Part shown: positions 23,780-33,869 of the stretch, piece after piece
How the letters are laid out: each line of letters starts with the position of its first letter
How positions within the stretch are numbered: position 1 is the stretch's first letter
DNA from: Atractiella rhizophila
Lineage: Eukaryota
Direction of reading: 5' to 3'
Length of the DNA: 64,000 nucleotides
Assembly: GCA_021432655.1 (NCBI GenBank)
Contig: MU271329.1
Span: 1 to 64,000 of the forward strand
Position numbers and translations under genes: made by a program
The notes under the pieces: generated by a model
Database searches by the model: none
What the model saw: only the letters and a program-made list of their open reading frames with translations
Told to the model about the DNA's origin: nothing

Positions 23780-24578
23780 ATGCAGCAAAGCACTGATAAA
23801 CCAAGCGGGCAGCGAAGGCTGTCCTCGAGAGTCGCTCAAGTTTTCGACCCTGAACGCAAGGAAAAAGCCAAGCAAGAAGCGTTGGCTCGAGCGAGAGAAC
23901 AACAGAAGACGGTCGAGAAGTATCAGTCGTCGCACACCGCTCTGGATTGGGGAGGCATGTCCTCTTGCCTCTCGCCTGAATACATATTCAGCGACCCCGC
24001 TTTCCCTGGTCTGGACGAGCGCATGAGTAGGGGGATGTGGTGTATGTTTATCGAGAATAGGGAGACGAATAGGATGGTCGTCAAGTGTGGACCTCCCACT
24101 AAGACGAAAGAGAACACGGTGAGTTTTTATTCTACTTTATTATCTTATTTGTCCATTCCCACTACCGCTCCTGGTGGTGAGAGCTGATTGGGATTAATGT
24201 TGATATTCTTGGGCAGTGGGAATATGACTATTCAGTAGACTACGTCTTCAACTCCCGTCCCATCCTCAACCACATCCACGCAACCTTGACTCTCTCCCCA
24301 ACCACCAACCTGTGCGTCTTCACCTCCTCTCACTGCCCTGCCCTGCCCCATCCCGAACTCCTGCCAAGTGCCAAGCGCTAACGAATATCGGTGTGGGGTT
24401 ATCACATAGGATCACGAAGCAAGTTGACCACTTCAACTTCTACGCGTGGGCACGACAGGCGCTTGGAGTCTCTGGATACCTCCTGGGATGGACGGAGAGG
24501 GTGAAGGGTCAGGTGAGAAAGACGGCGAGGGGAAGGTTGGAGGGGTTTTTGAAGAAGAAGGAAGAGTACAACTTTTAG
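23780..24578 (+). CDS. SnoaL/NTF2-like protein, paralogue 2 (N-terminal charged extension; start uncertain)
   Basis: Exons highly similar to paralogue 1, with identical intron positions but unrelated intron sequences. Confidence 0.82.
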
Positions 24579-25355
24579 TCTTTGGCGTCGTGAATGTGTA
24601 CAGTATTATGTTCTGTCGGACTTCGCTCGTTATCTATCTCTTCTGTTTGGGTGTTGTTTCTTGATAATCAGACAAATGTCCTACTTCTCAATCGCGTCGA
24701 CTGGGATTGAGAGACTTCTTGGGTCCAACTTGAACAAGATTGCGCCGAGTTCTAAGCAATCACAAGTTATTGGACGAAACTCTCGGCATGGTCATATAAA
24801 TCAACCATCCAGGACAGACGCTGCGTCATTATTGCAGCGGTAGTGCCATTGGTCATACCAGAGCGGTCTTGCGTGATGCGTGACGCTGCAAGTCAAACAG
24901 AGAGATACTCTCACAAGGTGCTCATGACGATTCGGAGTGTCATGAGCGTGAACGTTGGCTAGAATGCCTGTGCAAAAACGGCGCAGAAACGATTGTGGAA
25001 AGTGGAATTTGTGAAAGGGAGGAGGACCCTTGACTGTTGAAGCAGTTCAGCAGTTCACCTTGAAGTTCAAAATTCAAACCACTGGCAGCCAATATTTCAA
25101 TCTCATCTGATTGAAGCCGATGATGATGCAATGTTCTGAAGCTGGGCTGAAGCTTCTGCCGCGTTCTCCAGTGACGTAGACCCGGAGTTGAACCAGAAAT
25201 TCTTGAATCTCATCTACGTCATAGAAGTCTCATCGAAGTATGGGACATCCTCCCTATAAAAAGCGCGTGAAAACCGCTTCATATTTCCATCAATCAAAGC
25301 CACATCGGAATCGAACAAACAACAGCACTTTAACGAATTAATACCAGTAACGAAA

Positions 25356-25849
25356 ATGACGAACTTCTCTGATAACAACAAGAACCCCTCGAAATTCAAC
25401 GCTCAAGTCAACCAGTGAGTCTTACACCGCTCCGTCAACATTTGGAGGTTAATAATGTGTTGATAAATAGGACGATTGGTGGCGTAAAGGAAACCGTGGG
25501 ACATACCCTCAATTTGCACAACCTCGCTCAGAGCGGGACGGAGCAACGGCATCGAGGAGAAGCTGAGAAGGAGGCTGCGAAGGCGAAGGGGTACGCTGAA
25601 GGGTGAGCTATTCGAGATTAGTGTAGACCGGGGTAGGCTAACTGTTCAATGCGCAACAGAACTGGCGACCGTGTCACTGGGAAGAAGGACAACATAGTTG
25701 GTGCCCTTACAAACGACCGTGATCAGCAGATGAGGTCCGTTCAATTCTCTTCTCCTCTCGAGTCCGCATGAATGTTGATGGATTTGCCTTTGAACAGCGG
25801 ACAAGCTAGAGCCGATAAAGGAGAGGTGAAGCAGAACGTCAACTCTTAA
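25356..25849 (+). CDS. Small hydrophilin, Hmp1/CsbD-like stress protein (4 exons)
   Basis: MTNFSDNNKNPSKFNAQVNQ|TIGGVKETVG..GEAEKEAAKAKGYAEG|TGDRVTGKKDNIVGALTNDRDQQM|SGQARADKGEVKQNVNS*. Confidence 0.75.
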
Positions 25850-26476
25850 ACATTCAGCCATGAGCGTTCGGAAGGGATTCTTGTAAATAGATCGCTGTGC
25901 TTGCAGGATACCAGACTGGAATGTGAATACCTGTTAATTATTGTACTTTGGCTTGTTGCAGTAACAATCGTTCGTGCACCTTATCGCAGGTGATCCGAAA
26001 GTCTTGTTTTGAATTATTGTCGATTCGTGTCGATGGAGACAACCATACCAATTCAGATACCAATTGATTTCGAGACGTGCAGCCTTTCTTCGTCTTCTGA
26101 TGTTGTATTAATTTGCATAGTTTGCCAAGACTTGCAACGATACATTCAACACGGGAGCAATCTTGGAACATGTATTCCTTAGTGCGCAGCATAGAACAAA
26201 AGAACAACCCGTAACCCTAACCTTGATAGGCTTCTTTTTTAGTCAGCGAACAAACGACCAACGACATCCCCCCAACTGCAACCTTAGCCAAATCAGTCCA
26301 GCCTTTACAGGTCGATTTGCTTTGGGGGGAGTATCAGGTCACTACGACTCCTCCAAGAACTGCAGGGCAGAGGTTGAGGTGAAGACTTGGGAAGTTTCGT
26401 CGAAGAAGCAATTCCGTATGTGTTTTTTCTTTCTTATTCCTTTCTCGACTGATTCAAGGGCTCTGACGACTTGAAG

Positions 26477-27763
26477 ATGTCAACCATGGCTCCAATCAAC
26501 GGAAAACATATTCCTAACGAGGTCCTGTTTGAGATTCTGCAAGCGAGTATCGAACAACCTCAAGATCCGAGCGAGTACAATGATCACCGGCCTCAACTCG
26601 TCCGTTGTGCTCAAGTATCGAAAGCGTTCTATGCCGTATCTCGAAAACTTCTTTCGAAGACCATCATCATTCAGATCCGCCAGAATGACCTCGCTTCCCT
26701 GAAAAGGCAGCTGAGGAAGGTCACACATCATTTCGAGGCATATCCGGAACTGAGGAGGGAGGTTCGGAGGGTCTTTATCCTTAATCATTCGTACATCGAT
26801 GCCGAGCTTGGTTTCAGCGACGCACACGAAATCGGATGGAGTCTCAGGAAACTTTTCGAACTCGTCCAAAGGACCGTCATTCTAAATGTTCGCGTTCCCC
26901 CCGTCTTTCATGACTTTCCTCGATTCCAGAACATCCGTGTTCTATCCTTTGCCCCTATCCATGGACAGGAAGACGAGGAAAATGAAAGCTTTCGACAGAT
27001 TTTCCGGAGCATCCTGTTGGATATTCAGTCATCTCGTAGCTTGAAAGAGCTCACGATTTCCAACATGTTCTTCCCCAGCCTCGACATAGTCTCCGACCTC
27101 GAGCTTGTATCTCTCGTAGTTCGACACATCGTATGGGGCAGCTACTACGCCCAAAACTACTTCTCGAGGTCAAACATCAGCCTACGACACCTCGAGGTCT
27201 CTGCCAGCTCCTTCTCGAGTCTTGGAAGTGCGAAGATATGGATCCAACAGTTCTCCCGAAGCGTCAGAAGCCTCCACATCAACTTCCCAGACCGCGATGA
27301 AGATTTGGAAGACTGGATCGGAAATGCAATTCTTCCGCCGATGGAAAATCTCGAGAGTTTGCGCATCATGGGGGATGGGGAAGACATTGACCTTCTCACC
27401 CTTTTCCCCAGTCTGCCCCGCACGACCTCCCTTAAACACCTCCAGCTTATCGATATCGCAATCGGCCAACGTGATCTCATATCAGAAAACAACTCCCCCG
27501 GTCTTGAGCTTCTGTCGTTCATCATGGAAACGACGTATTCAGAAACAGAATCTGTCGTCTCTCACCTCGACACCATCAAGACCCTGCTTTCCAATTCAAG
27601 GGATAGCTTGACCTTATTTGCCGTAGAATTGGGGTGTCTCGACAACGCGCATGAACGCCAGGAGCTCTACAATTTTGTGGATCGCCCCATGCTTCCCATA
27701 CCACCTAATCCTAGATTCGAGGAGAAAATCGCCGCTCAATTACTTGGAGTGAACTTGTCATGA
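26477..27763 (+). CDS. Intronless F-box-like / RNI-like LRR protein
   Basis: N-terminal IPNEVLFEILQ...LVRCAQVSKAFYAVSRKLL followed by repeated LxxLxL units (LKELTI, LRHLEV, VRSLHI, LESLRI, LKHLQL). Confidence 0.75.
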   Translation: MSTMAPINGKHIPNEVLFEILQASIEQPQDPSEYNDHRPQLVRCAQVSKAFYAVSRKLLSKTIIIQIRQNDLASLKRQLRKVTHHFEAYPELRREVRRVFILNHSYIDAELGFSDAHEIGWSLRKLFELVQRTVILNVRVPPVFHDFPRFQNIRVLSFAPIHGQEDEENESFRQIFRSILLDIQSSRSLKELTISNMFFPSLDIVSDLELVSLVVRHIVWGSYYAQNYFSRSNISLRHLEVSASSFSSLGSAKIWIQQFSRSVRSLHINFPDRDEDLEDWIGNAILPPMENLESLRIMGDGEDIDLLTLFPSLPRTTSLKHLQLIDIAIGQRDLISENNSPGLELLSFIMETTYSETESVVSHLDTIKTLLSNSRDSLTLFAVELGCLDNAHERQELYNFVDRPMLPIPPNPRFEEKIAAQLLGVNLS

Positions 27764-28422
27764 TTTCTCTCGCGACATTGTTCCCCAGCTCATCCCCAGC
27801 TCAGCCGACTAAGAAGAAACCATGCAAATATTAAGGCCTTTTTGCCTCACCGTCCCGTCAATCACGGCACGACTTTCTTTGCTGTCCTTTCTGCCTAAAT
27901 TTACAACTTGCTCGCCAACTCAACGCTCAGTTTCTCCAATTCTTGCTATATGTTATAACTGTTTTGTGGTCCTGAGTATCATTCTGAATCAAAAGTTGTT
28001 TCCGTTTCTCTTGTTTTGTGCTATTACTCAGGATGTGATGGATATGGATGGAAGAATCGTGAGACGAGGCCGGCCTATCTGAATTTCTGGCTCGGTCTTT
28101 CTTCTTGCCTATTTCTCATTCTCAAAACATGTACTTTTGGTTTCCTCTCCTCTTCAAGCTTTCAGTGCTCTCCTAGGGGTGTTACGATGATATCCTCAGT
28201 CCACTCTCCAAATCAACTTACTTTACAGCTTTTAACGCGGTGCTTGATTTTTTTTCTGCCCGCAAACCAATGAGTTACCTCAAGATGTTATCGGGATGCC
28301 AATAAATATGGAATGCGATCCTAGATTGTTGTCATTCTGTTTCACAAGAATACGTCGCTGTCGCAACCGATTGTCACAGAATGTGTCCCAACTACAACTC
28401 ATTGAGGCAACAAGGAGTAACG

Positions 28423-28434
28423 ACCCTAACCCTA
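28423..28434 (+). promoter_or_regulatory. Telobox-like element ACCCTAACCCTA about 95 nt upstream of the TRA2-like ATG (copy at 31572-31583)
   Basis: Two tandem telomere-type repeats in a promoter position; function is inferred only. Confidence 0.35.
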
Positions 28435-28528
28435 TATTACGTGTTAAAGCAAAGAAAGAACAAACAAACAAACAAAAAACCACCACCTCACCAACCTTTC
28501 ATCGACTTTTTCCTCTTACCGTCATAAG

Positions 28529-30228
28529 ATGAGCGAAGCCGGTATGTTGCCACTTATTTCTACTTCGAGTCCGGATGGTTTGTGGTTCTGGAATACGGTT
28601 TTGCTGTTGGGGGACGAACGGCCCTAAAGTAGTCCGAAAAGGATGAAAATCGCCTTGCAGCTTCGGTTACCAACAGAAAGCAGAGCAGCGAGTTCATGTT
28701 CTGTCCGACCTTTGTGCGAAGGTCGACGTGAATGGGCGACTGCTAAGGCTCATCAAATAGCCACCATTCAGGCGTTTGAGCTGTTTCAAAAATACTGTTG
28801 CCACCTTCTGTTCGCTCTCACGACATCAAATGATTTCCGACTGTCGAGAGTCGACAGTACGAGGATATCGACCAAAAGTCGCAATGCTCGCTCTTCCATG
28901 GGCTTCGCTCGAATTCGACGTTGTATTCGACTTTCAGTCGCGTTCTTCGCCTTGCAGCCTCAGGATATGAGCGTTCGACCTTGCTCGACTATTCTACCGT
29001 CAGAGTCTGTCAGAATCGGATGTTCGGAGTTGCAATTACTCGCATTCCTGCAATAATCCATCAAAGGGTTTTAAAACCCGTAATCGCTTGCAATCTTTCT
29101 CTCCGCGTTATTCGCTCTTCGTCAACTGTCGCCTCAGCCTCCAGCTTGCCAACGTGTTGTTATTCCGATCCGAATTCAACTTTGATCGAAGTCGCCATGG
29201 CTGGCCTGATATATCCCATCAAATCTTTCGTGCGGCTAATTAGCGCTATCATGCATCAATTCTCGCTTCCTATCTACTCTCATCTCGTCTCGTCCCTTTG
29301 GCCACTCATCCACAAACGACTAACCGAATTTTCTCCTCCGTCAGCTGGTTACTCCAACGAATACACCAACGGTTCCGGTGGAGGGAGATTGCGTTCCGCT
29401 TCCCCTCCGAGGCGCGACAGGGAGAGGGAGAGGTCGCCGAACAGGATGGACACGAGGGCCGATGGGGGAGAGTACGTACTTAGCTCTCTGCTGGGGTGGA
29501 AGGTCACTGACGCCTTTCGATGGGGAGTAGCAAAGGTACCTCCTCTAATCCCGGAAACAATTTGCATGTTTCAGGATTGAGCTCTAGGGTGGATGATGAA
29601 GATTTGATCGAGGCTTTCAGTAAATTTGGCAAGGTACATAGCTCTTTCCGTCCTTCTCACAGCCTGACGATTGCCTGGCGTTGTGAACAGGTGACCAAAG
29701 CTCAAGTGATGCGTGACCCTCAAACACGGGACTCTAGAGGTTTTGGTTTTGTGACTATGGAGACTCCGGAGGAGGGTGACGCTGCTGTCGCCGGTATGAA
29801 CGCGGTGGATTTGAAGGGACGCGTCATCACTGTCGAAAAGGTCAGTCAACTCAGATTTGAAATGCTGAGGCTTGCTCATTGTGAGACAGGCGAGGAGAGG
29901 AAGAGCCAGAACCCCAACGCCCGGCCAGTACCATGGTCCTCCGAAGAGGGATGGGAGCTACAGGCCGTACGATCCTGGATATAGGGGTGGCAGCCGCTAT
30001 GGTGACAGAGGATACGATAGTGCGTTTGCCCTCGTCTTGGATCCCGTGCAATAATTGATAATCCCTTGTATTTCAGGGAGGGACCGTTACGACGACAGGT
30101 CCTATGCTATCCCGATGAGGGGAGACGATAGGAGGGACAGGTATGATGACAGGAGGGATAGGGATTATAGGAGGAGGGATGATTACGACAGGAGAGACAG
30201 GTACGATGATTATGATCGCAGGAGGTGA
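28529..30228 (+). CDS. TRA2-like RRM / RS-RD splicing factor, copy 1
   Basis: Micro-exon ATGAGCGAAGCCG, an 803-nt intron (28542-29344), then GYSNEY..RSASPPRRDRERERSP; RRM with NPGNNLHVSGLS, RDSRGFGFVTM, ITVEK|ARRGRARTPTPGQYHGP; RDRYDD-rich tail. Confidence 0.9.
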
Positions 30229-30264
30229 AAACTTGGTATTTTTTATTGGTTGAAAAGCTGGAAA

Positions 30265-30923
30265 TTGTATCTCTCGTAGTTCGACACATCGTATGGGGCA
30301 GCTACTACGCTCAAAACTACTTCTCGAGGTCAAACATCAGCCTACGACACCTCGAGGTCTCTGCCAGCTCCTTCTCGAGTCTTGGAAGTGCGAAGATATG
30401 GATCCAACAGTTCTCCCGAAGCGTCAGAAGCCTCCACATCAACTTCCCAGACCGCGATGAAGATTTGGAAGACTGGATCGGAAATGCAATTCTTCCGCCG
30501 ATGGAAAATCTCGAGAGTTTGCGCATCATGGGGGATGGGGAAGACATTGACCTTCTCACCCTTTTCCCCAGTCTGCCCCGCACGACCTCCCTTAAACACC
30601 TCCAGCTTATCGATATCGCAATCGGCCAACGTGATCTCATATCAGAAAACAACTCCCCGGGTCTTGAGCTTCTGTCGTTCATCATGGAAACGACGTATTC
30701 AGAAACAGAATCTGTCGTCTCTCACCTCGACACCATCAAGACCCTGCTTTCCAATTCAAGGGATAGCTTGACCTTATTTGCCGTAGAATTGGGGTGTCTT
30801 GACAACGCGCATGAACGCCAGGAGCTCTACAATTTTGTGGATCGCCCCATGCTTCCCATACCACCTAATCCTAGATTCGAGGAGAAAATCGCCGCTCAAT
30901 TACTTGGAGTGAACTTGTCATGA
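30265..30923 (+). pseudogene. 3' half of the F-box-like gene created by the duplication
   Basis: Essentially identical to 27105-27763. It lacks the F-box and ATG and lies about 36 nt after the TRA2-like copy 1 stop. Confidence 0.85.
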
Positions 30924-31677
30924 TTCCTCTCGCGACATTGTTCACCAGCTCAGCCGACTAAGAAGAAACCATGCAAATATTAAGGCCTTTTTGCCTCACC
31001 GTCCCGTCAATCACGGCACGACTTTCTTTGCTGTCCTTTCTGCCTAAATTTACAACTTGCTCGCCAACTCAACGCTCAGTTTCTCCAATTCTTGCTATAT
31101 GTTATAACTGTTTTGTGGTCCTGAGTATCATTCTGAATCAAAAGTTGTTTCCGTTTCTCTTGTTTTGTGCTATTACTCAGGATGTGATGGATATGGATGG
31201 AAGAATCGTGAGACGAGGCCGGCCTATCTGAATTTCTGGCTCGGTCTTTCTTCTTGCCTATTTCTCATTCTCAAAACATGTACTTTTGGTTTCCTCTCCT
31301 CTTCAAGCTTTCAGTGCTCTCCTAGGGGTGTTACGATGATATCCTCAGTCCACTCTCCAAATCAACTTACTTTACAGCTTTTAACGCGGTGCTTGATTTT
31401 TTTTCTGCCCGCAAACCAATGAGTTACCTCAAGATGTTATCGGGATGCCAATAAATATGGAATGCGATCCTAGATTGTTGTCATTCTGTTTCACAAGAAT
31501 ACGTCGCTGTCGCAACCGATTGTCACAGAATGTGTCCCAACTACAACTCATTGAGGCAACAAGGAGTAACGACCCTAACCCTATATTACGTGTTAAAGCA
31601 AAGAAAGAACAAACAAACAAACAAAAAACCACCACCTCACCAACCTTTCATCGACTTTTTCCTCTTACCGTCATAAG

Positions 31678-33387
31678 ATGAGCGAAGCCGGTATGTTGCC
31701 ACTTATTTCTACTTCGAGTCCGGATGGTTTGTGGTTCTGGAATACGGTTTTGCTGTTGGGGGACGAACGGCCCTAAAGTAGTCCGAAAAGGATGAAAATC
31801 GCCTTGCAGCTTCGGTTACCAACAGAAAGCAGAGCAGCGTGTTCATCTTCTGTCCGACCTTTGTGCGAAGGTCGACGTGAATGGGCGACTGCTAAGGCTC
31901 ATCAAATAGCCACCATTCAGGAGTTTGCACTGTTTCAAAAATACTGTTGCCACCTTCTGTTCGCTCTCACGACATCAAATGATTTCCGACTGTCGAGAGT
32001 CGACAGTACGAGGATATCGACCAAAAGTCGCAATGCTCGCTCTTCCATGGGCTTCGCTCGAATTCGACGTTGTATTCGACTTTCAGTCGCGTTCTTCGCC
32101 TTGCAGCCTCAGGATATGAGCGTTCGACCTTGCTCGACTATTCTACCGTCAGAGTCTGTCAGAATCGGATGTTCGGAGTTGCAATTACTCGCATTCCTGC
32201 AATAATCCATCAAAGGGTTTTAAAACCCGTAATCGCTTGCAATCTTTCTCTCCGCGTTATTCGCTTCGACGTAATCGTCGTCAACTGTCGCCTCAGCCTC
32301 CAGCTTGCCAACGTGTTGTTATTCCGATCCGAATTCAACTTTGATCGAAGTCGCCATGGCTGGCCTGATATATCCCATCAAATCTTTCGTGCGGCTAATT
32401 AGCGCTATCATGCATCAATTCTCGCTTCCTATCTACTCTCATCTCGTCTCGTCCCTTTGGCCACTCATCCACAAACGACTAACCGAATTTTCTCCTCCGT
32501 CAGCTGGTTACTCCAACGAATACACCAACGGTTCCGGTGGAGGGAGATTGCGTTCCGCTTCCCCTCCAAGGCGCGACAGGGAGAGGGAGAGGTCGCCGAA
32601 CAGGATGGACACGAGGGCCGATGGGGGAGAGTACGTACTTAGCTCTCTGCTGGGGTGGAAGGTCACTGACGCCTTTCGATGGGGAGTAGCAAAGGTACCT
32701 CCTCTAATCCCGGAAACAATTTGCATGTTTCAGGATTGAGCTCTAGGGTGGATGATGAAGATTTGATCGAGGCTTTCAGTAAATTTGGCAAGGTACATAG
32801 CTCTTTCCGTCCTTCTCACAGCCTGACGATTGCCTGGCGTTGTGAACAGGTGACCAAAGCTCAAGTGATGCGTGACCCTCAAACACGGGACTCTAGAGGT
32901 TTTGGTTTTGTGACTATGGAGACTCCGGAGGAGGGTGACGCTGCTGTCGCCGGTATGAACGCGGTGGATTTGAAGGGACGCGTCATCACTGTCGAAAAGG
33001 TCAGTCAACTCAGATTTGAAATGCTGAGGCTTGCTCATTGTGAGACAGGCGAGGAGAGGAAGAGCCAGAACCCCAACGCCCGGCCAGTACCATGGTCCTC
33101 CGAAGAGGGATGGGAGCTACAGGCCGTACGATCCTGGATATAGGGGTGGCAGCCGCTATGGTGACAGAGGATACGATAGTGCGTTTGCCCTCGTCTTGGA
33201 TCCCGTGCAATAATTGATAATCCCTTGTATTTCAGGGAGGGACCGTTACGACGACAGGTCCTATGCTATCCCGATGAGGGGAGACGATAGGAGGGACAGG
33301 TATGATGACAGGAGGGATAGGGATTATAGGAGGAGGGATGATTACGACAGGAGAGACAGGTACGATGATTATGATCGCAGGAGGTGA
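31678..33387 (+). CDS. TRA2-like RRM / RS-RD splicing factor, copy 2
   Basis: Same exon structure as copy 1 (intron 1 at 31691-32503). It retains the native 3' flank. Confidence 0.9.
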
Positions 33388-33869
33388 AAACTTGGTATTT
33401 TTTATTGGTTGAAAAGCTGGAACGGGTAGCGATGAATCCTCACTTCATGCTTCTCTTGAGCAAATTTAGGATATTGGTCAATAATAATAAGTTTATGCAG
33501 TATCTCGTCTTCGCTTCCTTCATTAAGACACGCTATTTCAGCATCACCTATTTCAATGTCAAGGAAGCTGGCTTCCTCAACAGTATTGCCAGCACTGCTT
33601 CCCATTCAGCCACTTCGACAATCTCAGAGTTTCAACACGCCCACACAGTTGGTTAATCGGTCGATCGTCCGCCTTCCAGAACACAGGCTGACTGCGAAAC
33701 GATAAACTCAATCTGGACGACGCATTCCATATTCCAGGTCACAATAACGACGGACTTCAAGAGTCTCGGATTGGGACACGAAAGAGTTCTGGGAACGCTT
33801 AAAACCCTCTGTGCCTGCCTCTACGCCGCTCTCGCCTCAGGCAGATTTTCACTCGTTTCAGTTCGCAAC

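Larger units (their letters stand above)
27105..33422. repeat. Head-to-tail tandem duplication, units 27105-30263 and 30265-33422
   Basis: Near-identical 3.16-kb units starting ttgtatctctcgtagt and ending gaaaagctggaa. A single A lies at 30264. They differ by a few SNPs and two indels of about 10 bp. Confidence 0.98.

Noticed and set aside
30085..30228. Repeated gacaggagggat / tacgatgac units
   Set aside because: They simply encode the RDRYDD/RRDDY low-complexity tail; this is not a CRISPR array or satellite.
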